A stretch of 34,808 nucleotides of DNA from Campylobacterales bacterium (GTDB lineage Bacteria; Campylobacterota; Campylobacteria; Campylobacterales; Sulfurimonadaceae): contig JBBRBK010000015.1 of the NCBI GenBank assembly GCA_038205935.1, positions 1 to 34,808 of the forward strand, in the 5' to 3' direction. A model generated the notes under the pieces. It did not search any database, was not told the origin of the DNA, and saw nothing but the letters and a program-made list of their open reading frames with translations. The translations under genes and the position numbers were made by a program. This document shows, piece by piece, positions 20,053-28,573 of the stretch (positions within the stretch are counted from its first letter, which is position 1; each line of letters begins with the position of its first letter).

Positions 20053-21361
20053 TGTGAACCTCCCCTTTTTCTGTGACTTCCCATGTAGCGATACTATTTC
20101 TATGATAAACTGATTCTACACCCATAACAGAAACTTCTTCTTCTATTGTCGGTTGCATACGTCCAGCATCATCCATAGCACGGCTTCCTATAATGAGAGG
20201 TTTACCTTCATATTTGTACATAAAACTAAATCTTGTCCAAGCTTTTGGAAGAACAAGACCTTTAAGTTTTGTAGGAGTCCAGTTCTTACAGCCATCAAAT
20301 GTAATATCAACACCTGTAATAGTGCCATATCCACTCCAAGCAAGACCTTCGATCTCAACCATATCACCTTTTTTAAGGTCAGTCCATGGTTTTTCTGGAC
20401 ATGGAGAAGTGATAATAGAGTTAACTTCATTTGCATAGAAATGCTGTACTGCTTTACCATCTGGTTTAAGAGCAGTATATTTTGCAGTTTCTTCTTTTGC
20501 ATAAAAAGGCTCATCAGAAAATTCTAGACGTTTAAGCCATTTAACACATAAATTTCCTTCCCAACCTGGAAGTACGAGACGAACAGGATATCCTTGTTCA
20601 GGGCGAAGAGCTTCACCGTTTTGTCCCCATACAATCATTGCATCATCGAGTACTTTGTCTATTGGTACAGTTCTTCCCATCTCTGAGTTATCTGAACCCT
20701 CTGCAAGCATCCATTTAGCAGTTGGTTTAAGACCTAAGTCTTTAAGAATAGTTTTAATATAAACACCAGTCCATTCCGCACAACTCATCATCCCTTTTGC
20801 AAACTGAACAGAGTTGAATTGTGGTCCTCTCCACTCTGGTCCACCGTTTGCAGGACATTCGATAAAGTGAATGCGGCTAACACTTGGATAACGTTTAAGT
20901 TGATCAAGAGTAAGAACTAATGGTTTATCTACAAGACCGTGAATCATTAAACGGTACTCATTTGGGTTGACTTGAGCAGTACCGCCGTGAGATCTTGAGA
21001 AAAATAAACCATTTGGTGTAATAATTCCTTCTGATTCTTGAATAGGACACATTGCAATTGATGCATAGAAGTTACCAGAAGAGAGCAGTTCAGCATTTCT
21101 TCTTGTATTGTTGTGTTCATATTCTGATGGCATGCCATAAAGATTTTTGGTGACAGGATCACCAAATTTGATTCCCCATGGCACATGGTTTGTAATAGCT
21201 GGATCGTCCGCCATTGCCTTTGTGCCTGCAAAAAGACTTGTACCAGCTAAAGCAGTAGCAGACAAAGCTGCAGATTTTCTAAAAAAATCTCTTCTTGCTA
21301 ATGTGTTGTGTGTGTCATTAGACGAAGATTCTAGATTTTTTTGAGAATTATTATCATTCAT
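20033..21361 (-). CDS. soxC: Sulfane dehydrogenase molybdopterin subunit SoxC
   Basis: Tat RRDFF, GIITPNGLFF, FIECPANG, QNGEALRPEQGYPVRL and C-terminal VHNVQ. Confidence 0.93.
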   Translation of the reverse strand: MNDNNSQKNLESSSNDTHNTLARRDFFRKSAALSATALAGTSLFAGTKAMADDPAITNHVPWGIKFGDPVTKNLYGMPSEYEHNNTRRNAELLSSGNFYASIAMCPIQESEGIITPNGLFFSRSHGGTAQVNPNEYRLMIHGLVDKPLVLTLDQLKRYPSVSRIHFIECPANGGPEWRGPQFNSVQFAKGMMSCAEWTGVYIKTILKDLGLKPTAKWMLAEGSDNSEMGRTVPIDKVLDDAMIVWGQNGEALRPEQGYPVRLVLPGWEGNLCVKWLKRLEFSDEPFYAKEETAKYTALKPDGKAVQHFYANEVNSIITSPCPEKPWTDLKKGDMVEIEGLAWSGYGTITGVDITFDGCKNWTPTKLKGLVLPKAWTRFSFMYKYEGKPLIIGSRAMDDAGRMQPTIEEEVSVMGVESVYHRNSIATWEVTEKGEVHNVQIRS

Positions 21362-21407
21362 TTTTCTTCCTTTATAAGCTTTATAGATATAACCAATATA
21401 TATTTAG

Positions 21408-21568
21408 TAGTGATCACTAAATCAGCTAAGCCATAGATTGACACACAATATTATTGCACGATTAGGTAACTGTTTTGTAAATATCACAAATATATCACAA
21501 GAAATGATACAATAATTTGAAGGTTTATATGATTAATTTTATAGTGTAGCGACTGTTTTGTTACAAAA
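21408..21568. promoter_or_regulatory. Candidate operator sites upstream of soxC
   Basis: Palindrome TAGTGATCACTA at 21408-21419; direct repeat ATATCACAA at 21481 and 21492; ACTGTTTTGT at 21469 and 21552; TTTTGT-T-ACAAAA at 21556-21568. Confidence 0.4.
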
Positions 21569-21620
21569 TCACACAAATGGATGTTTATTTTTAAGTGAAG
21601 GCACGAATCTTAATTTTTTT

Positions 21621-21905
21621 TCATAAGTTATGATTCGTATTAGTTGTGATTCCAAGAATTACATAAGTATCTTTAATAATATCATGATAAAAAGGTATTG
21701 TAAAACCTTGGTGTTCAATATCTTTAATATTTTCATCATCAAAATATAGTGACTTCTTATATTTTGCTACTTTTGTTGGCATATTTAAGATTATCGTATC
21801 AAGGTAGAGTTTAAAACTCTTTGCGCCTTTTATATCATTATCAAAGAAAGAGTCCAGAATTGATTTGAGTTGTTCCTCATAAAGTTTAGAATTTACTATT
21901 TTCAT
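21621..21905 (-). CDS. RelE/ParE-superfamily toxin-like protein
   Basis: 94 aa with a RelE/ParE-like layout (MKIVNSKLY..QL..I; YKKSLYFDDENIKDIEHQGFTIPF...VILGI). Judged by pattern only. Confidence 0.55.
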   Translation of the reverse strand: MKIVNSKLYEEQLKSILDSFFDNDIKGAKSFKLYLDTIILNMPTKVAKYKKSLYFDDENIKDIEHQGFTIPFYHDIIKDTYVILGITTNTNHNL

Positions 21906-22066
21906 TTTTCTTCACCTTTTTTTAACCAATGATCTATTTTGTCCATAGTTTCCAAGTAGCTTGAAAAGCTTGCTGGATCTTGGATGTACTTATCAAGTTC
22001 TTTTTGGAGAGTTTCCTGCATTTGAATGGAGACATTTTTTTTATTTTCTAATTCTATTTTTTCCAT
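21902..22066 (-). CDS. 54-aa small protein, putative antitoxin; not in the ORF track
   Basis: Manual translation gives MEKIELENKKNVSIQMQETLQKELDKYIQDPASFSSYLETMDKIDHWLKKGEEK*. It has an ATGA stop/start overlap with the toxin-like gene. Confidence 0.6.
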   Translation of the reverse strand: MEKIELENKKNVSIQMQETLQKELDKYIQDPASFSSYLETMDKIDHWLKKGEEK

Positions 22067-22087
22067 GTTTATCTTTCTGATACTATT

Positions 22088-22119
22088 AAAAAGATAGTGA
22101 AATTATTCACTATCTTTTT
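22088..22119 (-). terminator. Hairpin overlapping the stop codon of the DUF2231 gene
   Basis: AAAAAGATAGTGAA-ATTA-TTCACTATCTTTTT, a 14-bp perfect stem. Confidence 0.65.
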
Positions 22120-22684
22120 TAACTGTTTGCGCTTTTTCAATTTTTGCAGGTGTTGTCTCAGTGATAGTTGAGACTTGTTTTTTAACAAGAGCTACTGCCG
22201 CATCTGCATCATCTGCCATTTGTAAATCATCACTGTTATCTAAATAGGTTGTGACTTGCTGCATTTGAAATGGCTGCCCATAAGTATATACAATCTCGCC
22301 TCCATCTTTCCCTTGAAGAAACATGGCTCCAGTTGCACCTAAGAGTAAGACGACCGCAAGAGCTTCGAGGGCAAATTTTTTGGTTTTGCATCCAATGAGT
22401 TTTAATAAAGCAATAATTCCCATCGCTATTGCCAAGTATGTTCCTAACTGCTTATGTTCTTTAAGTTCACTCTGACCAGCTGGGCTGAGATAGTCATATA
22501 TAAGCGGACCTGCATGCGTACCTGTATACCATACGCCAATAACAGCAAGCGCAGCGATAAGTGTAGCACGAGATGAGATTTTTGACATTCCCTCTGTTCT
22601 TGTGAAAAGATACACAACACCAAAAACTGAGGCAACTAGTGGAAGAACCATTGCAAAATGAACGGTAGCTGGGTGTAACATCAT
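22103..22684 (-). CDS. DUF2231-like membrane protein
   Basis: LHPATVHF, WYTG, a conserved His (EHKQLG), GKDGGEIVY and four TM segments. Confidence 0.7.
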   Translation of the reverse strand: MMLHPATVHFAMVLPLVASVFGVVYLFTRTEGMSKISSRATLIAALAVIGVWYTGTHAGPLIYDYLSPAGQSELKEHKQLGTYLAIAMGIIALLKLIGCKTKKFALEALAVVLLLGATGAMFLQGKDGGEIVYTYGQPFQMQQVTTYLDNSDDLQMADDADAAVALVKKQVSTITETTPAKIEKAQTVKKDSE

Positions 22685-22751
22685 AGATTACTCCTTTTAA
22701 ATTTTAAATCCAAACACATTATAGGAAAAAAAGATATGAAATAACTTAATC

Positions 22752-23819
22752 TTATTTTTCGTCTTTTTTATCCATCGCGTTTTTAGCTGATTTAATGGCG
22801 TTTTCAAGGGCTGTTCTTGCTATACCCCAAGCTTCTATTCCCATACGTTTTGCTTCTTGAGCTTTTTCTGATCTCAATACCTTTGTCCCTCTTTGAAGGG
22901 CATCTTTTTTCACTGCTTGATACTTATCTTTCATAATATCAACAGTTTCTTTTGAGATATGCACCAGCTCTTCTAAATCATATTTCATACTGTTTGAGAC
23001 ATCATCGAGTATTTGTTTAGTTTGTGCAGAGTTTGCATGTCCAATATTGTTTACCACTTGTGTAAAGATCATATCCGTATGAATCAGTTCATCAAAAGTG
23101 TGATCATAATCACTCAGTAAGATAGCCTTTATTTCATCAGGCATATAAAGAAGTTGTTGTTGAAATTTAGATATTGATTTGACAAGACCAGTTTTCGTAC
23201 CTCGCATTGTTGATTTGAGGATAGAATTTGCCTGATTTGGAGTTGCTTCTGAAACATTTACTGCCGTTTGGAGGATACTGGAGAGAATTTTTCGAATCCT
23301 GATACTGTTGAGTGCTCCCTCATTGATAGTTTCATAAGTAAGCTCTTTTATAACCTCTTCGACAGTTTCATCTATATCTTGGTTGTTTTTTTCTAAGGCT
23401 GTAATGATGGCTGATTCTACCATTTCATTTAACATATCAAAAAGATCAACGGACTGAAGTTTTATCTGATGAAGCTTAGATATTGTTTGTTCTGGAGCTT
23501 CTACAAGGGCTTCTTCGATCTTATCAAAAAGAACGTATTTTGCATTTTGAAGTTCATGTGATGTTTTGTCTATGCGTCTATTAAGTTGCTCTTTTTTAGC
23601 CAAAAGTTCTTCAACTTCATCGTGAAGAGTTAATGTTTCACTGTCGATGACAGTTGCACTAAGAATTTTGAGTTCATGCAATGTCAATTTTTTTGGATCT
23701 ATATTCCATTCTTCTTCAATATGCTCAAGAAGTTTTTTAATTTTTTCCTCGATTGAAGAGGCTGGAATGCTTTTGTAGCTGTTCTTTAGATCTCGTTCAA
23801 ATTCCTCTATGTTCATCAT
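22752..23819 (-). CDS. Hypothetical helical/coiled-coil protein
   Basis: 355-aa ORF with an AAGGAG RBS, co-oriented in the moaC operon; no motif recognised. Confidence 0.75.
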   Translation of the reverse strand: MMNIEEFERDLKNSYKSIPASSIEEKIKKLLEHIEEEWNIDPKKLTLHELKILSATVIDSETLTLHDEVEELLAKKEQLNRRIDKTSHELQNAKYVLFDKIEEALVEAPEQTISKLHQIKLQSVDLFDMLNEMVESAIITALEKNNQDIDETVEEVIKELTYETINEGALNSIRIRKILSSILQTAVNVSEATPNQANSILKSTMRGTKTGLVKSISKFQQQLLYMPDEIKAILLSDYDHTFDELIHTDMIFTQVVNNIGHANSAQTKQILDDVSNSMKYDLEELVHISKETVDIMKDKYQAVKKDALQRGTKVLRSEKAQEAKRMGIEAWGIARTALENAIKSAKNAMDKKDEK

Positions 23820-23826
23820 ATCTCCT

Positions 23827-24096
23827 TTATAAAACCATTTTTATATTTTGATGATTTTTTAGTGCTTCATATATAAATGTTCTTTCATCTTCATTGGTGA
23901 TAATAAGATCAAGATTCATACTCACATATTTTCCAGTTTTACTTGCATTTGAAAGCTTTAAAGTGTGTGGCTTTTCCAAAATTACCTCTTTGACGGCAAG
24001 ATGAATCTCATCTTTATGATTACCGATTACTTTATAACACCAGCTGCAAGGATATTCAAGAACCAATTTTTCTTTATTTTCGTTTATAATTTCCAC
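23827..24096 (-). CDS. DUF493/YbeD family protein
   Basis: [22 protein letters not shown] and HQNIKMVL; likely GTG start at 24096 after GGAGGA. Confidence 0.85.
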   Translation of the reverse strand: MEIINENKEKLVLEYPCSWCYKVIGNHKDEIHLAVKEVILEKPHTLKLSNASKTGKYVSMNLDLIITNEDERTFIYEALKNHQNIKMVL

Positions 24097-24547
24097 TTTT
24101 TCCTCCTTCTTTGGATTCAAGCTGAATGTTTTTAATGATCATCCCTTTGTCTATGGCTTTTACCATATCATATATGGTTAAAAGTCCGATGCTCACACCT
24201 GTAAGTGCTTCCATTTCAACACCTGTTTGACCTGTAAGTTTTGCAGTGAGAATAAGTTTAAATCCTGGAAGTTCTGGTAGTTCTTCAACGTCACAGTTGA
24301 TGCCACTAAGATTTAAAGGATGGCACATTGGAATAAGCTCACTTGTTTTTTTTGTTCCCATGATTGCGGCGATGACGGCAGTTTGTAGTACTGGACCTTT
24401 TTTTGTCTTTTCGCTTACTATGGCATCGAAGGCATCTTGGCTCATCTGTATCATTCCGCTTGCTATAGCGACTCTTGTAGTCTGACTTTTTTCAGATACA
24501 TCCACCATCTTTGGGCGGTCTTTTTCATCTAAGTGTGTTAAATTCAT
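24074..24547 (-). CDS. moaC: Cyclic pyranopterin monophosphate synthase
   Basis: LTHLD...[30 protein letters not shown] and KEGGKSG. Confidence 0.97.
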   Translation of the reverse strand: MNLTHLDEKDRPKMVDVSEKSQTTRVAIASGMIQMSQDAFDAIVSEKTKKGPVLQTAVIAAIMGTKKTSELIPMCHPLNLSGINCDVEELPELPGFKLILTAKLTGQTGVEMEALTGVSIGLLTIYDMVKAIDKGMIIKNIQLESKEGGKSGNYKRK

Positions 24548-24609
24548 GAAACTCTCTTGTTTAGTATAAAGGTAAATAATAACCCTTGATTATACCAAAC
24601 TAAGATAGA

Positions 24610-25221
24610 TTATTTATTAATATCGTGTTCTTGTTGAAATCTTAGAACTGCTTCTTGATACTCTGATGGATTGTTGAGATTTAAAAAATTAGATTCATTT
24701 TCAAATTCTACAAAAAAAGTATTAGAGCTTTGGAGTAGTTGTGTAAGTTTATGTTGATTGGTTTGAAGCATATTTGAAAAAGCTACATGCAAACTTCTGT
24801 TATATAGTCCGCACATAGGATGGAGGCTATGGGGTGTTTTTGCGATGATGGCGTCAAAGCCCTGATCTTTGTGCTTTAAAATTTTACTTATTTCTGCTTC
24901 GTCTACAAAAGGAGTATCAACACTTAAAACAAATATTTCGTTTACATGTAAGCGGTTAAAGATAGTTACAAAACCAGATGTCGGAGCGTAAATATTTTCT
25001 GTATTTATATCTTCTATAAAAATTGCATCTTTATTTTCAGTGAGAAAATCAAATTTTTTTGAATCTTTACAGGAAATATATACATTTTGAAATAATTTTT
25101 GTAAGCGTTCATATTGAAACTGTGTTAGTGAGGGTTTGCCCGCAAAGGGCAAAAGTGCTTTATCTTCTCCCATGCGGGAGCTTTTCCCGCCGGCAAAGAT
25201 AACGCATGGAATTTGGAACAT
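24610..25221 (-). CDS. mobA: Molybdenum cofactor guanylyltransferase
   Basis: FAGGKSSRMGEDKALL, SVDTPF and FLNLNNP. Confidence 0.93.
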   Translation of the reverse strand: MFQIPCVIFAGGKSSRMGEDKALLPFAGKPSLTQFQYERLQKLFQNVYISCKDSKKFDFLTENKDAIFIEDINTENIYAPTSGFVTIFNRLHVNEIFVLSVDTPFVDEAEISKILKHKDQGFDAIIAKTPHSLHPMCGLYNRSLHVAFSNMLQTNQHKLTQLLQSSNTFFVEFENESNFLNLNNPSEYQEAVLRFQQEHDINK

Positions 25222-26294
25222 TATTTAGTTAAAGTAGCTTCGATGCGTCTGTTTTCTGCACGACCTTCGGCAGTTTTGTTAGATGCGATAGCGTTAGCTT
25301 CACCTTTTCCAGATGCTGTAACTCTTTTAGCGTCAATCCCTTGTTTCTCAAGGTCAACTTTTACAGCTTTTGCACGCGCTTCAGAAAGTTTTTGGTTATA
25401 TGCTGGCTTACCAATACTATCAGTATAACCAGTGATTTCTGCATTGTATGCAGGGTATAGTTTCATAAAATCTGCAAATTCTGTAATACGTGCGTCTGCT
25501 TCTGGCTCAATTTTAGCTGAGTCAAATTTAAAGTTTGCATGTAGGTTTACAAGAACTGGACAACCATCTTGATCAACTTTTGCACCAGCTGGAGTATTTG
25601 GACATTTATCAATAGAGTTTTTAACACCGTCATTATCATCATCGCCATCAACTGCTACAATAGCAGCTTCTGCTACAACAGGTTTTTCTTCAACAACTGG
25701 CGCAGGTGCTGGAGCTGGTTTTTCTTCAACAACTGGCTCAGGCGCTGGAGCTGTAACAGGTTGAGCTTTTTCTCCAAATGCGATATTGATACCAGCAAGA
25801 AGAGCTAAATTGTTATCCCATCTTGTGTCATTTGGTTTCAGCATATAAACCGCTTCAAGTTTAAGTGCGATGTTTTTTGTAATTGGCATTTTTGCACCAA
25901 CACCAGCATCAAAAAATGCAGAATCAACGTTACCTGTTCTTGCTTCTTGGTGCTCACTCATAGTTTCATAACCAAGACCAGCTTTTGCAAATGGAGTTAA
26001 AAATGAAACTTTGTTAAACTCATAAACACCATTTAAAGCGATACGATAAACATTTGTCATACTGTTACCACTTGGTTTAAAATCAGGATTTGAGTAAAGT
26101 ACTGACAACTCAGGGCTTACTGGCATTCCAAGGTTATTCATTTGGAATTCTGCACCATAAATACCTTGATTAGAAAGGTTGAGGTTTCCTTCTGCTATGT
26201 TATAACCAGCAACTGGTGTAATCTCATAGTTGTAGTCTTGTGCTAATAGCAAAGAAGATGCTAAAAGTGCGGGAATGAGTAGTAATTTTTTCAT
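25221..26294 (-). CDS. OmpA family outer-membrane protein (CadF-like layout)
   Basis: Signal peptide, beta-barrel, Pro-Ala linker, DDDNDGV..DKCPNTP repeat and OmpA_C (GYTDSIG...NQKLSEARA...NRRIE). Confidence 0.92.
   Translation of the reverse strand: MKKLLLIPALLASSLLLAQDYNYEITPVAGYNIAEGNLNLSNQGIYGAEFQMNNLGMPVSPELSVLYSNPDFKPSGNSMTNVYRIALNGVYEFNKVSFLTPFAKAGLGYETMSEHQEARTGNVDSAFFDAGVGAKMPITKNIALKLEAVYMLKPNDTRWDNNLALLAGINIAFGEKAQPVTAPAPEPVVEEKPAPAPAPVVEEKPVVAEAAIVAVDGDDDNDGVKNSIDKCPNTPAGAKVDQDGCPVLVNLHANFKFDSAKIEPEADARITEFADFMKLYPAYNAEITGYTDSIGKPAYNQKLSEARAKAVKVDLEKQGIDAKRVTASGKGEANAIASNKTAEGRAENRRIEATLTK
25681..25737 (-). repeat. 21-bp direct repeat (period 36) encoding PVVEEKP twice in the OmpA linker
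   Basis: GGTTTTTCTTCAACAACTGGC at 25681 and 25717. Confidence 0.85.
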
Positions 26295-26392
26295 TGTGTA
26301 TCCTTTTTTCTCCAAGTTACCTTGGGAGTAATTATTCTATGATTTAGCTGATTTTTATTAAAAAACTAGTTAATAAAAATAATTAGTTTGTG

Positions 26393-27652
26393 TTATCTTG
26401 GGTCTGTGATATATCCGGTGACCGCCGACGCTGCTGCAACTGCTGAGTTTGCTAAGTAAACTTTAGAGCTTCTGCTTCCCATACGACCGACGAAATTGCG
26501 GTTCGTTGTAGAAACTGCAACTTCATTATCTCCTAAAATTCCCATATATCCGCCAAGACATGCGCCACAAGTCGGATTACTTACAACACCGCCTGCATCG
26601 ATAAGAATATCGATATAGCCACGTTTAGTAGCTTCACGAAGAATCTTTTGCGTTCCTGGCGTGATGATAAGACGTACATCTTGATGCACTCTTTTGCCCT
26701 CTAGTATTTCAGCTGCGACTTTAAGATCGCTCAGTCTTCCATTTGTACAGCTTCCAATAAACGCTTGATCTATCTTGATATGATCAGCTTGTGCTTTAAC
26801 AACACTGTGCCCATTTGATGGTAAAAATGGATATGCGATTACTGGATCAAGGGAAGCAACATCTATTTCTAATATTTTTGTATAAACAGCGTCGGCATCA
26901 GAATAAAAGATTTTTGGCGTGCGCGCAAGAGGTTTATCTGCTAAAAACTCTTTTGTAATATCATCATACGCAACGATTCCGCTTTTTGCACCAGCTTCGA
27001 TCGCCATATTACACATAGAAAATCTGTCATCCATACTTAAATGCTCGATCGTGCTTCCAGTAAACTCTAAAGTTTGATAAAGTGCACCATCCACACCAAT
27101 CATACGGATAATTTCTAAGATAATATCTTTTCCAGTAGTATATTTACCAGGTTTGCCATTTAAAATTACTTTGATAGATTCTGGAACTTTAAACCAGTTA
27201 TTGCCAGTGACCATAGCAAATGCCAAGTCGGTAGAACCCATACCAGTTGAAAATGCACCAAGCGCACCGTGCGTACATGTATGTGAATCTGCACCAATGA
27301 TGACGTCACCTGGAACGATTAAGCCCTTCTCTGGCAAAAGTGCATGCTCGATTCCCATATCTTTTTCATCAAAAAAGTTTTTGAGATCATATTTTTTTGC
27401 AAAATCACGGCTTATACGAGCTTGATTTGCGCTTGCTATATCTTTTGCAGGGATAAAGTGATCAAGTACAATAGAAAATCCATCCGGATTTGCAAGTTGT
27501 GTAGCACCAATATCTTCAAAAGCTTTGATAGAAATAGGTGTTGTAATATCATTTCCGATAACCATATCGATGTCACAACGGATGATTTCGCCGGCATGAA
27601 CGTTATGGCCGACATGTGCAGAGAATATTTTTTCAGTAATGGTTTGTCCCAT
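26393..27652 (-). CDS. leuC: 3-isopropylmalate dehydratase large subunit (short LeuC/HacA type)
   Basis: MGQTITEKI, GADSHTCT, IGSCTNGR, CGACLG and STTNRNFVGRMG. Confidence 0.92.
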   Translation of the reverse strand: MGQTITEKIFSAHVGHNVHAGEIIRCDIDMVIGNDITTPISIKAFEDIGATQLANPDGFSIVLDHFIPAKDIASANQARISRDFAKKYDLKNFFDEKDMGIEHALLPEKGLIVPGDVIIGADSHTCTHGALGAFSTGMGSTDLAFAMVTGNNWFKVPESIKVILNGKPGKYTTGKDIILEIIRMIGVDGALYQTLEFTGSTIEHLSMDDRFSMCNMAIEAGAKSGIVAYDDITKEFLADKPLARTPKIFYSDADAVYTKILEIDVASLDPVIAYPFLPSNGHSVVKAQADHIKIDQAFIGSCTNGRLSDLKVAAEILEGKRVHQDVRLIITPGTQKILREATKRGYIDILIDAGGVVSNPTCGACLGGYMGILGDNEVAVSTTNRNFVGRMGSRSSKVYLANSAVAAASAVTGYITDPR

Positions 27653-27782
27653 TTGGAATCCTTACATGTAAAGTGTTTTATAAAAGTAAGCGAATTATAC
27701 CCTTTTAGAGTTGATGGCATTTTGAAATATTTTTGTAAATTTAAAATACTTAATGTTACACTAAACAAAAAAAAGGATTTTG

Positions 27783-28136
27783 GTGTCGAGGTTGCTTGGA
27801 AAATGTCCCTATTGTGATGATGGAAGAATCGAAGTGCGCGCTATCCAAGTAGATGGCAAACCAGTTAAACTTTATGCTTGCTCAAATGCGCATTGGCATT
27901 TTGAAGGTGATTTTGCTGAACTTACACCTGATTCTACATGTAGCTTTCGAATATTTCAAAATCAGCTTAGACGATGGAACAAAAAAGCGATAGGTGAAAA
28001 CGAGATACGAACACTTTTAAAAGAGGAACAGGTAAAAGTAAGACTTTATAGTGCAAATGCGAAAAAAGAGTATTTTAAGTGGGTGATTTTAGATCAAGAA
28101 TATGGAATGAGTGTTTTGTGGGAGGAGGATGCATAG
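27783..28136 (+). CDS. Small Cys-rich protein resembling a stand-alone topoisomerase C-terminal zinc-ribbon repeat
   Basis: LGKCPYC...YACSN...CSFRIF...AI.ENEIRTLL pattern; AAGGA RBS before the GTG at 27783 (or TTG at 27780). Confidence 0.55.
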   Translation: MSRLLGKCPYCDDGRIEVRAIQVDGKPVKLYACSNAHWHFEGDFAELTPDSTCSFRIFQNQLRRWNKKAIGENEIRTLLKEEQVKVRLYSANAKKEYFKWVILDQEYGMSVLWEEDA

Positions 28137-28159
28137 GTGTAAAAACCTATGCATAAAAA
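28129..28159 (-). terminator. Intrinsic terminator of the cold-shock gene
   Basis: ATGCATAGGT-GTAAAA-ACCTATGCAT, a 10-bp perfect stem between convergent stop codons. Confidence 0.65.
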
Positions 28160-28378
28160 TTACATTGCAGTAACGTTTTCCGCTTGAGGACCTTTTTGAC
28201 CTTCGCCTACTTCAAAAGTAACCGCTTGGCCTTCTGATAAAGAAACACGACCAGGACCTGCTCTGTTTACTTGACGGAAGTGAACAAATAAATCTGCACC
28301 ACCGTTGTTTTGTTGGATAAATCCATAACCTTTTTCTTCATTGAACCATTTAACTGTTCCGTTTAGCAATTCTGCCAT
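28160..28378 (-). CDS. Cold-shock protein (CspA family)
   Basis: [21 protein letters not shown] and [10 protein letters not shown]; a GAGG RBS precedes the ATG at 28378. Confidence 0.96.
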   Translation of the reverse strand: MAELLNGTVKWFNEEKGYGFIQQNNGGADLFVHFRQVNRAGPGRVSLSEGQAVTFEVGEGQKGPQAENVTAM

Positions 28379-28494
28379 CTTTGTACCTCTAGTGGGAAAA
28401 ATACATTTCATAATAGTAAATTACTAAATTGAAAAGGAGTCTAAGTCGAGGAAAGGTCTTCAGATGAATTCGAACCTCATCTTTCATCGCAAAT

Positions 28495-28503
28495 ATTGTA
28501 TCA
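28495..28503 (-). promoter_or_regulatory. Extended -10 promoter (TG-A-TACAAT) of the csp gene
   Basis: The minus strand reads TGATACAAT about 117 nt upstream of the ATG. Confidence 0.5.
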
Positions 28504-28573
28504 TTTTATTTATTACATTGCAAACATATTTCATTATTTAACTGTATACTTGCACAAAAAAGGGTCAAAATAG

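Noticed and set aside
25681..25737. OmpA internal repeat as a novel element
   Set aside because: An ordinary duplication in a Pro-rich linker.
26317..26331. TTAC-CTTGGGA-GTAA upstream of ompA as another insertion in the palindrome
   Set aside because: The insert is not 18 bp and shares only GGG with the element; too short to support.
27274..27281. TACATGTA in leuC as evidence of a DNA-level motif
   Set aside because: It encodes part of the conserved DSHTCT motif, so protein constraint can explain this copy. It is counted in the total but is not informative.
26393..27652. leuC without an adjacent leuD as an anomaly
   Set aside because: Dispersed biosynthetic genes are common in this lineage, and leuD may lie elsewhere in the genome.
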